Positions 33,116-47,024 of a DNA stretch of 64,000 nucleotides are shown in pieces. The notes beneath the pieces were generated by a model. That model saw nothing but the letters and a program-made list of their open reading frames with translations, was not told the origin of the DNA and did not search any database. How positions within the stretch are numbered: the first letter of the stretch is position 1; every line of letters starts with the position of its first letter. A program made the position numbers and the translations under genes. The stretch comes from Eledone cirrhosa (taxonomy: Eukaryota). The stretch covers positions 12,814 through 76,813 of the forward strand of contig CAXHJY010000368.1 of assembly GCA_964016885.1 (NCBI GenBank), written 5' to 3'.

Positions 33116-33229
33116 GGCGTAGCGATGGTGGTGGCGGTGTGGACGCTGTTGTGGGGAACAGTGGAGGATTCTGTTTGGATCTGACGTAGTGGAGGTGGTG
33201 CCAGTGGGTTGTTGTGTGTGTGTTTCTGA

Positions 33230-33722
33230 GACTTCTGGCTTGTGACTCTGGACGTTACGCTGACGCTGGCGGCACTGCTTATAGAAGCGTCTGTAGCAGC
33301 GTTTGTTCGCGTCTGACGTAACGTTACTGAGGCTATCAACTTGTAGATCTGGAGGTAACGTTGACGCTGACGACACGGCTTGTAGATGTCTCTGTGGGAG
33401 CGTTCTTTCCGTCTGACGTGACGGTGTCTGAGGCTTGTAGCTTGTAACTATCGGCGTAACGCTAACGCTGACGGCAACGCTTGTAGTTGTCTATGTGACG
33501 TCTGTTTACGTATGACGTGACGATCTCTTTGGCTTGTAGCTTGTGTGTCTTGAGGTGACGCTGACGGCACGGCTTGTAGAAGGTTCAGTGGCAGCGTTTG
33601 TTTGCGTCTGACGTGACGGCCTCTGTGGCTTGTGACTCTGGACGTGACGCTAACGCTGACGGCAACGCTCGAAGGTGTCTCTGTGGCAGTATCTGTTTGC
33701 GTGTGACATGACGGTCTCTTTG
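33230..33722. repeat. Diverged ~95-100-bp CpG-rich tandem repeat, about 5 copies
   Basis: RACGCTGACGGCA-like anchors at ~33262, 33363, 33464, 33557, 33652. Confidence 0.8.
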
Positions 33723-33863
33723 ATTTCTGGGTTGTGGTGGGAAATGGGTAGACGATTTTAGAAATAAACATATATATGTATATATACATGTATATATATA
33801 TATGTATATGTGTGTTCATATATATATATATACTAAAAATAATAATAATAATAGTAATAATAA

Positions 33864-33909
<46 letters not shown>

Positions 33910-34253
33910 CATATATATAGGTATATATATATATACTTATATATATATATACATACATATATATAGGTATATATATATATACTTATATATATATATACAT
34001 ACATATATGTAGATATATATATATATATACATACATATATGTAGATATATATATATACATATATGTAGATATATATATATATATACATACATATATGTAG
34101 ATATATATATATATATATATACATACACATATGTAGATATATATATACATATATGTATATATATATATATATATACATACACATATGTAGATATATATAT
34201 ACATATATGTATATATATATATATATACATACACATATGTAGATATATATACA

Positions 34254-34319
<66 letters not shown>

Positions 34320-34758
34320 TACACATATGTAGATATATATACATACACATAACTAGATATATATATATATACATATATGTATATATATATATATATAATA
34401 TACATATACATACATACATATTTGTGGCGGCGTATGTGATGGTATATGCATATGACGTGTCAGTAGCACTAGTAGCACAGTGGTGGTGCAGTGCTGTTAT
34501 GAATGTAATAGATTTACTGGTGGTGGTGTTGGTAATGTTGGGCGGAAGCTGCATTAGCTTGCAATATGCTAGGATGCACACAAATGTTACAAATTGTAAA
34601 ATCACAGAGTGCACATGTTATTTATATTACTATATACAGTAATATATTAAACATGGATTTCTGTATATAAGCTTACATATATACTTCGACATACATGTAC
34701 ACAAATACACACACATATTTATGTATATATATCACATATATATATATATATATATATA

Positions 34759-34819
<61 letters not shown>

Positions 34820-34823
<4 letters not shown>

Positions 34824-35045
34824 ATAATAATAAAATTGAAGACTAAAATCCAAAGATTTATTCCTTTACTTATTTGCATAGCGAACGTTACCACGAACCA
34901 AAGTATCGTCTTCCTGTCTTCCTCCGGTTGCAACGTTTTTTGAAATATCCAGTTCTGCGTTTACAGATTGACTTTGTTAGTTTCAGAAGATCCCGTTAAG
35001 GGTGAAAGCAGCGATTCTTTGCTTAAACTTTAATCTGTTATTTTA

Positions 35046-35052
<7 letters not shown>
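34820..35052. mobile_element. Family A remnant: inverted tail plus long forward segment
   Basis: AATAAAATTGAAGACTAAAATCCAAAGA joined to ~190 bp ending CAGAAGATCCCGTTAAGGGTGAAAGC...CTGTTATTTTAATAAATA. Confidence 0.7.
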
Positions 35053-35123
<71 letters not shown>

Positions 35124-35196
35124 ATATATATATATTTGTATAGATATATAATATATACATATCTAAATATATAAAAGAAGGTGCATTTTGTATGTG

Positions 35197-35231
<35 letters not shown>

Positions 35232-35317
35232 ATATATAAGTATATATAGTATATACATTTCTAAATATATAAAAGAAGATGTATGTGTATGTATATATAT
35301 ATATATGTATACATATA

Positions 35318-35357
<40 letters not shown>

Positions 35358-35472
35358 AACGTTTGTATATGTATAATAAAGCCAAAACAATGCAGGTATG
35401 GACATAGAATAAAGAATGCAAATGCAAAAGATATTGTTGACAATTAGTCTTTTACCTTAGATTTATTTAAAT

Positions 35473-35510
35473 GTCCTAAATTTTCGAGATAATATCTCTT
35501 CTTCAGAGGG
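35473..35510 (-). ncRNA. Minimal type I hammerhead motif
   Basis: Minus: CCT-CTGAAGA-a-GAGAT att ATCTC-GAAAATTT-AGG. Confidence 0.55.
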
Positions 35511-35675
35511 AATAATGTTGTCAAACCAGTGTTCTAAATAGCTTGCCAAGTCATGCTGACAGAAAATGTTATAGAGTATCTGTTCTATCTCTAATTTCAA
35601 AGAGTTAAGATTAGGTGTATAAAGAGTAGTCTCCCTTTAAGAGGGGTTTGTTTTTGTTTAACTATAACCTACTCC

Positions 35676-35736
<61 letters not shown>

Positions 35737-36145
35737 TATATATATGTATATATATAAGTATATATATGTATATGTATATGTATATGTATATATATATGTA
35801 TATATATAAGTATATATATGTATATATATAAGTATATATATGTATATATATGTATATATATGTATATATATATATGTATATATATGTATATATATATAAG
35901 TATATATATGTATATATATATAAGTATATATATGTATATATATATAAGTATATATATGTATATATATATAAGTATATATATGTATATATATATAAGTATA
36001 TATATGTATATATATGTATGTGTATACATATATCTAGCGAAACGCAACATCCGTATTGTGCAGACAAGCAATCCATGGATCAACATATGTTGATTTAAAA
36101 CTGCACTATCCACAAGTGTTTTTTAACCTTCATATCATGTCCTCC

Positions 36146-36216
36146 TGTTTTATCTGATGAAAACACAAATATTATTGCATGATGATATTTGTTTTTGAAA
36201 TGCGCATAATAAAATA
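36146..36216 (+). ncRNA. Type I hammerhead ribozyme, long stem II
   Basis: TGTTTTAT-CTGATGA-AAACACAAATAT..ATATTTGTTTTT-GAAA-TGCGC-ATA-ATAAAATA; self-complementary ATGCGCAT in stem III. Confidence 0.8.
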
Positions 36217-36244
36217 CATGGAACTCCTTTAACCATCTTTTGTT

Positions 36245-36387
<143 letters not shown>

Positions 36388-36514
36388 ATATATATATCCA
36401 TACATGTATATATATATATAAATATATATCTATATATATATATATCTATATATATATCCATACATGTATATATATATATAAATATATCTATATATATATA
36501 TCTATATATATATC

Positions 36515-36575
<61 letters not shown>

Positions 36576-36591
36576 ATACATGTATATATAT

Positions 36592-37019
36592 CTATGGCGG
36601 GTAAAATTCCCGAGATCCATAGACGAGTTCTATCCAGCTGTCTCTGTCCCTCATTATCGCTGCCATGTCCTGCGTCTCCAACAGACCAGTGTCTGTCCTC
36701 AGGGCATCAACATACGTTAACCTTGGTCTTCCTCTTCTAGTGTGTCCATGTAGGGGCTCCAAAACGAGCACTGAGTGCAATGTCAACTCTGGATCTCGGT
36801 GAGCATGTCCAGCTAATCTCAGTCTCCTTTCTGTCTCACTTTTGAGCTGACTTTTGGGATGCTCCCATACAGCTCTGAGTTTTTCATCCTCAGTATATAC
36901 TGATATAATGTTCAGAGGCATATTCAACATTCTCGCGTAGCACCCATCCACCATCTGAGTGAGTTTCTTGGTCAGTGTCCAAGTCTCAGACCCATACAGC
37001 AGCACAGACTCCACTACAG
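36592..37019 (-). mobile_element. RTE-clade LINE 3' segment
   Basis: ESVLLYGSETWTLTKK...DGCYARML...RRLRLAGHAHR...[11 protein letters not shown]. Confidence 0.88.
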
Positions 37020-37268
37020 GGGCTGAGAATGAATGAGACTAAAACAAAATATCTGGTAGAGAATGTTGAGAAGCCAGAGGGGATCACTAATGTAGGCGGG
37101 AAGCCGCTAGAATTGGTTGAGGGCTTCCTGTATTTGGGAGCAAAGATTGGGAATACGGAAGATGATGTGGTTGAGAGGAAGTGCAAAGCCTGGGCGGCGT
37201 GCCACAGCTTGAGATCGGTGTGGAAGTCCGACCTTCGTAGAGACCTGAAAGTCCGTCTCTTCATTGCT
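37017..37268 (+). mobile_element. Inverted upstream segment of the same RTE element
   Basis: GLRMNETKTKY...FLYLGA...KAWAACHSLRSVWKS...LKVRLFIA, which immediately precedes VVESVLLYG in RTE proteins. Confidence 0.88.
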
Positions 37269-37729
37269 ATATATGTGTGTGTGTGTGTATGTGTGTATAT
37301 GTGTGCAAGTGTGTGTATATATGTGTGTGTGTGTGTGTGCTTGTGATCCAGTATTTCAGTAAGTATATAGATATGTGAGAGTCACTTTTAGTAGAAATGA
37401 ATAGTGAGAATTTTCCTGCATAGAAACTGAAAAATATATATCTTTCTCGTTAATGTAGTAAGGAGTGTATGATAAACCACTTATACACGCTTCGTTGTAC
37501 AGCTTATATTATACGTCGGTGCAGTTAGTATGCCAAGTACGTACTTTTATAACATACATACCATCTTACATATGTCTATATATATGTATGTATATATATA
37601 TGTATATATATATGTATATATATGTATATATATGTGTATATATATGTATATATATATGCATATATGCATATATATATGTATGTATATATATATATATTCA
37701 TGCATCTATACCTTCAAACATGGACAAAA

Positions 37730-37791
<62 letters not shown>

Positions 37792-37912
37792 TGTACAATT
37801 ATATATGCATTTATACAAACGTACATCTATGTGTATCTATATGTTACACGCACGCAGACACACACACACAGACACACACATATTAACACACGCAACCACA
37901 TAGACACAAACT

Positions 37913-37983
<71 letters not shown>

Positions 37984-38141
37984 TTAAGCTCTAGAGCTTC
38001 TAAAGCTGATATTTCTAATTATTTTGATGATATATCTTGGTTTATCCACTCTTAACGCTTGGTTATGTTTAAGGCAGCAAATCCGTTATCGCGATTAAGT
38101 CGAAACACCATAGATGCCATCTTGTTTTGTAATATATCCTT

Positions 38142-38203
<62 letters not shown>

Positions 38204-38530
38204 TACAAGTCCGCTGAAATATGTATGTATGTATGTATGTATGTATAAATGTGTGTATAGTATATTTGATAATATATTGTGTTTATTTAAAAACATTTTG
38301 AAGACCATTCGCTATGAGTTTTAAAGTAGTGACTAAGTCACTTACTTTGTCTCAAGAATCCAACTTCTATAAGTCTCGGTAGAAGATTCTTAACCCCACT
38401 ATCAGGCTAAATACTTTATTTAATTTCTTTAGTCAAAATACGGCGATAACTTACATTTATAATAATTTCAAACTCGCTCGCTGATTCTAAAATATTAGTA
38501 CATATATAAATAAATGAAAACAAAAAAAAA

Positions 38531-38577
<47 letters not shown>

Positions 38578-38586
38578 CATGTATTT

Positions 38587-38870
38587 AGTTTTGTTGGTTG
38601 ACCAGTGGATAGAACTGGTTATTCCGTATGGTCAACCTCGATGTAATATTAGGGAGAGCACTCGACGTAATGCAACTCACCCGTCTTCGTTTGTGTTGTC
38701 CTGTCTCTGCTTTTCAGCCCCATGGATTTTTGTCTATTATATTACTTTGTAAAATGTCGAATACCTGATGATGTCACCTGGTTCATACTGAACGCGGTCA
38801 TTGAAATGATCAGAGTATAATAAACCATTTAAGTAATTACACCAGTCCAGCCTCCTGTTTGTTTTATAAT
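38587..38870. mobile_element. Family D pseudo-LTR, rearranged copy with hammerhead at 38761-38818
   Basis: 38587-38699 is the reverse complement of ~22412-22525; 38700-38870 matches ~22225-22388; cleavage triplet reads AGA instead of ATA. Confidence 0.75.
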
Positions 38871-40149
38871 ATATATATATATATGTCTGTGCGTCTGTGT
38901 GTGTCTGTGTGTCATTCTAAAAGATCACTGAGTTATTACAGGTTCTGTTGCTTGGATGGAAGTACTTTCCCCGAGTGTGTACCCTTGGACGTGACTCTGT
39001 CTTAATCACAAAGAAAAGCCTTTTACACATGTCTTAATGGATCTCTATCAATCTGTGTACGGTGCTGATAATCGATGCAAAATGTCGTGCTTTGCATGAC
39101 AACGTTCTTTTGATTAACGGAGACAATCGCTAGTTTCAAACTGGTTAAATTAGTATTATGCTTAATACGAATATAATTAAGCTAAGTAATGAATATATTA
39201 TGCCGTTAATTAACGTTAGATTTGCTATTGTCATTAATAATCTCTCTTATGAGATTCAAGCAAATTTATCTTGCCTTAGAAATGATAGGGTTTATTAACA
39301 TACGTTACAATAGTTAAAGATGGTATTTGCTCTTCCTTTACACGCCATGAGTTCAAGATCTGAGAAAAGCTTCACCAATAATAAACATTTCTGTTATAGC
39401 TTCTTATATTTATATATATATATAAGAAAGAAATGGTGGTAAGATACCATGTGAACCATAACGCACCAGAGTACTCGTTACTTAGGATTTAACTTAAAAA
39501 GCAAAGACATTTTAAGGCATGTATCAGTATGGACAAGTACTTTTATTCGATCCACTGAAGACCGAATGATAGAGCCTAAAAAAGATGGTTGGAGATCACC
39601 CATGAGATCAGATGTTCTCACCTGGGCTCCTTTAGGGATTAATAGGAGACGGTACGGCTATCAGAATCTAGGGAAAGGCATGCTCGTGGACTCTGCTCGT
39701 ACGGAGTAATTATACGAAGTAAGTATACGAAGAAGAAATATTAAGAGAGCTTAACATGTGGGCATTTGATCTCTAAGCGTAGAGAATGCAAGCGCAAAAG
39801 CCCACGCTATCAACAGATTATCATCCAAACCTCTGCCTATATACAGACAAACATACAAATCACTCACTTGATATATCAAATTATCTATCTATCTATCTGT
39901 GTATCTATCAATCTATATATTGATAGATACACAGATACTGATATATATATATATTGAATCGTTGGTGTTTCTTTTTCTTCATATTTCAGTTCTGCGTTAA
40001 CTCTATTGCATTGAGTCTTAAACCCTCTGGTTAAGTCTATATCCAATAATAGCCTCTATTATTATTAAAGTTATATATATATATATATATATATATATGC
40101 ATACATAATTACATACATACATATATACACATACAAAGATACATACACA

Positions 40150-40189
<40 letters not shown>

Positions 40190-40190
<1 letters not shown>

Positions 40191-40369
40191 GTTATTCCGG
40201 GTTGAATCGGAGGTAACCACAGTAAGTAAGGTACTCAATACATAGCAGAGTATAACAGTTTTAATATAGATGAGATTCTACAGGACTAGAACTGTTTCAT
40301 TCATTAGAAATCATCAGGAATCCTGATGATTTCTAATGAATGAAACAGTTCTAGTCCTGTAGAATCTCA

Positions 40370-40376
<7 letters not shown>
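40190..40376. mobile_element. Family B remnant with perfect 56-bp-arm palindrome (40264-40376)
   Basis: Arms 40264-40319 / 40321-40376, 1-nt centre; each arm reads CTGATGA-tTTC taat GAAt-GAAAC outward. Confidence 0.85.
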
Positions 40377-40414
<38 letters not shown>

Positions 40415-40914
40415 CCTATGTATAAAACGGTTTTGTGTCTTAGTACGTTTCCATATACAATTATCAGCTGGATTGTGTATGAATATATGTGTATAAATAC
40501 TAACTTATATCAAACTAATTCTCCAAATAGATATATATATACTGCTGGACAAAGGTCTGAAAATTAGAACAATAATATCGTATTAAGAATTAATGCAGTG
40601 CCTAAAAATTTATTATTTCACAGAAATATCATCTTGCACCAAACAATATAATGGCGAACACACTGTGAACTTCCGGTTGATTACTTTGGCTAAACTACAT
40701 AGGTGAGAAACGGCTATAACGTATCAATTATATTTCTAGGTAATTACATTAGAATATATGAAAGGAATTCTTAATTGCCGTCTCTTTCTTTAATGACATT
40801 TATCAAATTAGCTTTATTATTATCACCAATAATTTTATTATAATGTGTAGTTTTTTATTGAATTAGATTGTAAGTATACATCAACACACATATATATATA
40901 CATATGTATACATA

Positions 40915-40953
<39 letters not shown>

Positions 40954-41001
40954 CTGTATGCATATAAATATATCTATAAATAAATAATTATATATTAATG
41001 A

Positions 41002-41054
<53 letters not shown>

Positions 41055-41459
41055 AGTATATATATAGAGATATAAATGTATATATATATATAGATATAGT
41101 TATAGATATAAATGTATAGATATAAATGTATATATATATAGATATATATATATATACACGAATTTATATGTATCTTCGTTTTGTTTATGGCCACCGGATG
41201 AGAAGAGCGTTACAATAGAATATACTAGACGGAAATGTTACGAAACTTAGTCTCACGCAAGGGTACTTCCAAACACCTACCTCTCTCTCTTTCTCTCTCT
41301 CTCTCCCTCCATCTCTCTCTCACACACACCCTGTGTCTCTCTCTGTCTCTCTGTCACTATATATAAATACACACACATATATATATATATATATATCGTA
41401 TGATGTAGATAAATTGAATTTTTTAAAGACTCACTATTTACAGGCGTATGCGTTTAATT

Positions 41460-41632
41460 GTTTCTACGTTAGGAACAAGGCCAGCAATACCCAGTGCATT
41501 ACTGGTACTTTATTTTATCGACCCCGTAAGCATGAAAGGCAAAGTCAACCTCGGCGGGATTTGAACTCGGATCGTAAAGGACGTAACTATGCTGGAAAGC
41601 ATGGCTTCCGACCCTCTACCGATACTGCCAAT
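41460..41632 (-). mobile_element. tRNA-derived SINE
   Basis: Minus: B box GAGTTCAAATCC, then GTTGACTTTGCCTTTCAT..GGGGTCGATAAAATAAAGTACCAG; the core resembles the Deu/Nin SINE domain as recalled, not searched. Confidence 0.8.
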
Positions 41633-41824
41633 CCACGCGTATAATGTGTTTGTATATATATATTTATATGTTTATATAGGTGTGTGTTCCTTATTTCGTA
41701 TGTTGATTTAAAGAAAATGTATATGAGTATATGTTGTTGATTCATTAGCATTCGTCTGTTAGTATATATAAACTTTCAACCATTAAAAAAACCTTTACAT
41801 TTTCTATGAATATTATTTGTTTCG

Positions 41825-41965
41825 ACGCAAAGAGTTGCGGCCTTTTCCATTCTGAGTTCAAATCCCGCCGAGGTTAACTTTGCCTTTCATCCTTATGGGG
41901 TCGATAAAATAAAGTACCAGTAATGTACTGGGTAAATGCTGGCCTTATGCCAAAAGTAGAAACAA
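41825..41965 (+). mobile_element. tRNA-derived SINE (same family)
   Basis: B box at 41854-41865; same core on the plus strand. Confidence 0.8.
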
Positions 41966-42098
41966 TTATTTGTTTTGGTCTTGCATCTATTTCAATTTTG
42001 TAATTGGAGAATATAAACACGCACACATAGGTAAATACAAGCACAGTAGAGAGAACAGACACACACACGCACCGTAGACAGAAACACACACACAACGA

Positions 42099-42144
<46 letters not shown>

Positions 42145-42654
42145 ATGTATGTATGTATGCATGTGTGTGTATGTATGTATGTATGTATGTATGTATCTGT
42201 GTGTGTGTATATATAATATATATATATACATATGTATATATAAATATATATATACCTATATATACATATATATGTGTATATATATATATACATATACATA
42301 TATATATACATATATATATATACATAGATACAGATATATATATATACACAAATGTATATATATATATATACATATACATACATATACATATGTATATATA
42401 CACAATACATATATATATATATATGTATACATAGATATATATATACATATATATATATACATATGTATAAATATATATATATATATATATACATATATAC
42501 ATACATATGTATATATATACATATATATATATACATATGTATATATATACATATATATATACATGTATACACATACATATACATGCATACATACATGTAT
42601 ATATATACATATATACATATATATATATACATATATACATATATATATATACAC

Positions 42655-42687
<33 letters not shown>

Positions 42688-42710
42688 CATATGTATATAT
42701 ATTTATATAT

Positions 42711-45700
42711 ATAACTTTGAATAACTTTGAAATGTTTTGGCCAGTATTGGCCCAGGCCATGTCTAACTTAATAGCACCACCTGGCGAAGTCTTTCAATTC
42801 AGGATTTGGGCACCATGGCCCATTCGAGAAGAGAATTACTGTTTGCGGAGACATATCCGGGTGTGGGTGGTTTGTCCGGGATTACTTGGAGGAATTTGTC
42901 CAAAGACTTCTTGAATTTTGTGTGGTCAGTTTCTGTTTTGACGTGTCCTGGTGTGATGTTGAAGAGAGCAGGGCCGATTGAGGTGAAATAATTGTGCCGT
43001 ATTGTTGTTATGAGTTGCGATTTAGATTTTTGAATGGGACGGATAGCACGGGGCCCAAGCCTTGGGTGTATCTTGAAGGCGATGCCAACATCATTTGGGC
43101 AGTGATGATGGAACATTTTCCACATCATGCAGATAATATAACGCTCACGGCGACGTTGGAGTGAGTAAAGTTTCAGGTTTTCCAATCGACCCCAGTAGTC
43201 AAGGTCTGACATGCCATCTATCTTTTTCGTGATTGCCCTTTGAGGAGCTTCAAGTTTCATGATACTTTGTTTCGTGTGGGGAGACCACAGTGGACAACAG
43301 TATTCAAGGTGTGGTCGGGCGAAAGTAGAGAAGAGAAGGATAATGGTGCGGGAATCTCTCGACTGGAAGGTTCTGAGGATCCAGGAACACATTCTGCGGG
43401 CCATGTCAACTTTGCTGCTTATATGCGTGGTCCAGCTTATGTTGCTGTCCACGGTTACTCCCAAGTCTCTGATGTTGTTAGATGCCACGAGAGTTTCCCC
43501 GGAGGGAAGGGAGTACGGGAGTTTCAGAGCATCCTCTTTTCCAAAGTGGATCAGTTCGAATTTGTCTTCGTTCAGTAGCATGTTGTTCTTTTCTGCCCAT
43601 TGGGTAACAGCCAGTAGGTCTGACTGAAGGCTTATCCGGTCATCCACGCCATTGATGACCTTTTGGAGCTTGGAATCATCAGCGAAAATTTTAATGTTGC
43701 TGTGTTTGATGATGTCAGTGATGTCATTAATATAGATGATGAAGAGAAGTGGGCCCAACACAGTGCCTTGTGGGACTCCACTACTGACTTTGGCTGGGCT
43801 TGATTTGACTCCCTCAACTACAACATGTTGGGTTCTGTTTGACAGGAAGCTCTTGATCCACTGCAGCAGCTTTCCAGTGACACCAATATTGGACAGCTTT
43901 CTCAGTAGAATGTTATGATCAACCCTGTCAAAGGCCTTGCTGAAATCAAGGTAGATAACATCAGTGTTGGAACCCTCTCCCAAGGCTCTCAAAATGTCAT
44001 CAAAGTGATGCAGTAGTTGCGTCAGGCAATCCCTTCCATTACGGAATCCATGCTGGTTGGAGTTCAGCATATTGTTACTCTCAAGGAAGTGGGTCATTCG
44101 CGATCTCACCACTCGCTCAAATACCTTAATGATATGAGAGGTGAGTGAGATTGGACGGTAATTCACGGCAAGGGATTTGTTTCCCTTTTTGAAAACTGGG
44201 ACAACAGACTGGGATAGAAGGTTTTCTGGCACATATCCAGCATCCAGTGAGTTCCGCCACAGATTGGCAAGAGGAGAAGCAAGTTGGTGTTGACACGCCT
44301 TCAAGACACAAGCAGGGAACCTATCGGGACCTACTGCTGAATTATGCTTGATTTCCTTTATTGCCGCCAAGACATCAGGGGCGCCAAACGTTATGTCCGA
44401 TAAGGTGTAATGGGGAGTAACATCGCCGATACAGCCCAGATCGGCCATATCAGGATTGCTGAAAACAGAGCAGTATTGTTTCTGCAGTATCTCACCCATG
44501 GTTTTAGCATTGTCTTGAAGAGTGCCATTTTCATCAATTAGAGGGCCAACAGTAGAGCCAGTGATTTTGTGTTTTTTTGCAAATGAAAAGAACACTTTGG
44601 GATTGAGTTTGATCTTCTCAATGGCCCAGGCCTCTTCAGCTCTTCTCTGATTGTTGATGAGGGACATTATGTTGTTTTGGAGGTTATGTTTTTTAATCTC
44701 TAGTGATGAAATGGCAGTCAAGTTGATGTGTTGCTGCTGACAGTATTTCAGCTTGTTGATTTTTTTGTTCGTTCTCTTAATTTTTCTGATGAGTGTTTTT
44801 CTATTTCTAGGGATTCTGCTCTTAGATTTGTTTATAGTTCTTAATGGGGTGTGTTTAGCACATATGTTTGTAACAGTGTCCACAAATGTCTGCCAGGACT
44901 TTTTGATGTTAGTGGGTGTATGAGTGTGCGTGAAGGACCAGTCGACATGTGCAAGATCATGACTGATCGCTTCCCAGTTTGCATTGTGGAAATCCATAGC
45001 GTCAAACGGATGGACAGGAGAAATGACATTGGGTTTGTATATTGGACGGTGGAATCTCAGATCACAGAGAACCATGTCATGATCAGAGAGTAGAGTTTTC
45101 TCCACTGCAATATTGTGGATATTGTCAGTGTGATTGCTGAAAATTAAGTCTAGGACGTTTTTGTGGCACCTCGTTGGTTCGAGCACTAGTTGGGATAGGA
45201 AGAAATCATCCATGAAGTCAAGAAGCGATTCCACAGCTTCCCTGTCAGAGGTTGAGGCAGAAGAACCTGGTGGCAGGGTGTTTGTGGACCAGTCAACTCC
45301 GGGGAGGTTGAAGTCCCCCATCATTAAGATGTTGTCAGGGTGACACTCTTGGATGAAACACTTTATGCTGTTGAGGCATTCCTTGAAGCATGGTACAGGC
45401 GTTTGGGGTGGCCTATAGAGCCCAACTACTAATAGGTTGTTGGTTTGACTGAATACAGTGACTGCCTCACAGTATCCATTAGTGAATATGTTCATAGCCT
45501 CTGTTGAGAAAGAATTATGGACATAAATGGCAGTTCCGCCCTTTCTTCTGCCAGCGCGATCAGCACGGATGGCTTTGAAATTTTTCACTTTCACCTCGGC
45601 TTCCAAGTGGAGGTTACTGAGATGGGTTTCAGTGAGGACGAAGAAAGGGATGTGGTTTGGATGGACATCAATCCAGTCCTCCAGGAATTTGATCTTCCAT

Positions 45701-45888
45701 TTTTGAGTATTGGTGGAAGGGCTGATGCCTTGGGCGTTAAGCAAAAATGTAGAGGCGAGAGTGGATGGTTTTAATTGTTTTGGTGTGTTGTTAATTTGTT
45801 TGTTTGTTAATGGCAGCAATGGGAGTTTGTGCAGTGGGGTGATAGTGGAGGGTGGTGCTGGGTGATAGCTCGAATGTTTTTTTCCAGT
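42711..45888 (-). mobile_element. CR1-like non-LTR retrotransposon, 5'-truncated just upstream of the endonuclease, inserted in (TA)n
   Basis: Uninterrupted ORF2, short 3' UTR, tail (TTCAAAGTTA)x2, TA arrays on both sides. Confidence 0.92.
42799..45888 (-). CDS. LINE ORF2: APE endonuclease plus reverse transcriptase
   Basis: EN: LLNAQG, LTETHL, GGTAIYV, LYRPP, GDFN, LDLIF, SDH; RT: [43 protein letters not shown]; the Met at 45978 is microsatellite-derived. Confidence 0.93.
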   Translation of the reverse strand, partial: TGKKHSSYHPAPPSTITPLHKLPLLPLTNKQINNTPKQLKPSTLASTFLLNAQGISPSTNTQKWKIKFLEDWIDVHPNHIPFFVLTETHLSNLHLEAEVKVKNFKAIRADRAGRRKGGTAIYVHNSFSTEAMNIFTNGYCEAVTVFSQTNNLLVVGLYRPPQTPVPCFKECLNSIKCFIQECHPDNILMMGDFNLPGVDWSTNTLPPGSSASTSDREAVESLLDFMDDFFLSQLVLEPTRCHKNVLDLIFSNHTDNIHNIAVEKTLLSDHDMVLCDLRFHRPIYKPNVISPVHPFDAMDFHNANWEAISHDLAHVDWSFTHTHTPTNIKKSWQTFVDTVTNICAKHTPLRTINKSKSRIPRNRKTLIRKIKRTNKKINKLKYCQQQHINLTAISSLEIKKHNLQNNIMSLINNQRRAEEAWAIEKIKLNPKVFFSFAKKHKITGSTVGPLIDENGTLQDNAKTMGEILQKQYCSVFSNPDMADLGCIGDVTPHYTLSDITFGAPDVLAAIKEIKHNSAVGPDRFPACVLKACQHQLASPLANLWRNSLDAGYVPENLLSQSVVPVFKKGNKSLAVNYRPISLTSHIIKVFERVVRSRMTHFLESNNMLNSNQHGFRNGRDCLTQLLHHFDDILRALGEGSNTDVIYLDFSKAFDRVDHNILLRKLSNIGVTGKLLQWIKSFLSNRTQHVVVEGVKSSPAKVSSGVPQGTVLGPLLFIIYINDITDIIKHSNIKIFADDSKLQKVINGVDDRISLQSDLLAVTQWAEKNNMLLNEDKFELIHFGKEDALKLPYSLPSGETLVASNNIRDLGVTVDSNISWTTHISSKVDMARRMCSWILRTFQSRDSRTIILLFSTFARPHLEYCCPLWSPHTKQSIMKLEAPQRAITKKIDGMSDLDYWGRLENLKLYSLQRRRERYIICMMWKMFHHHCPNDVGIAFKIHPRLGPRAIRPIQKSKSQLITTIRHNYFTSIGPALFNITPGHVKTETDHTKFKKSLDKFLQVIPDKPPTPGYVSANSNSLLEWAMVPKS

Positions 45889-46158
45889 TATATATATATA
45901 TATACATATGTATATATATGTATATACACATATGTATATATATATATATAATATATACATACATATACATGCATACATATATATTTACATATGTATATAT
46001 ATATATATATATATACATATACATGCATATATATATATTTACATATGTATATATATATATATATATACACATACATATACATACATACATATATATTTCC
46101 ATATGTATATATATATATATATATATACATACATATACATGCATACATATGTATTTAC

Positions 46159-46189
<31 letters not shown>

Positions 46190-46220
46190 CATACATATAC
46201 ATGCATACATATATACTTAC

Positions 46221-46273
<53 letters not shown>

Positions 46274-46464
46274 CATATACATGCATACATATGTATATAC
46301 ATATGTATATATATATACATACATACACATACATACATATATATATATTAATATATATATATACATATATATATATATACATATGTATATACATATCCAT
46401 ACATACATACATATATATATATTAATATATACCTATATATAACTATATATATATATGTCTATAG

Positions 46465-46503
<39 letters not shown>

Positions 46504-46538
46504 TACAAGTATGTTTGAATGTATATATATATAAATAA

Positions 46539-46583
<45 letters not shown>

Positions 46584-46862
46584 AGTATGTTTGTATGCAC
46601 TGAATTAATATTAGACGAAGAGAATTTTAAGCAGATTAGTTTGTAATTCTCGTCCGATTCAAAGCTAAATCGGATAGCAACATAAATAGATACAGAAGCA
46701 ACTTCAAATTTAATAGTTCGATTTATCTTTTAAATTCCAATAATTCCTCTAGAATAACGTCTCAAAATAATGCCATGAAACCATATTTAGTAAACGTAAA
46801 GCATATTTTTCATAAATCATATTTATTTTCAAACATTCCAACGCCGACTAGTAAATATACAC

Positions 46863-46914
<52 letters not shown>

Positions 46915-46945
46915 TATATATATATTATATATATAACGTATTTAA

Positions 46946-47024
<79 letters not shown>

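Noticed and set aside
31521-33184. Gly/Cys/Tyr-rich keratin-associated-like ORFs
   Set aside because: 26-, 20- and 14-bp units rotate through all frames; no single frame is preserved
39530-39740. Possible old LINE 3' remnant ending GAAGAAGAA
   Set aside because: Too degenerate to support by eye
41840-41875. tRNA gene suggested by the B box
   Set aside because: No cloverleaf; it is the SINE head
45870-45888. A7C slippery site as a programmed frameshift into LINE ORF2
   Set aside because: The overlapping upstream frame would need +1 rather than -1, and the site is at the truncation edge, so ORF1 cannot be defined
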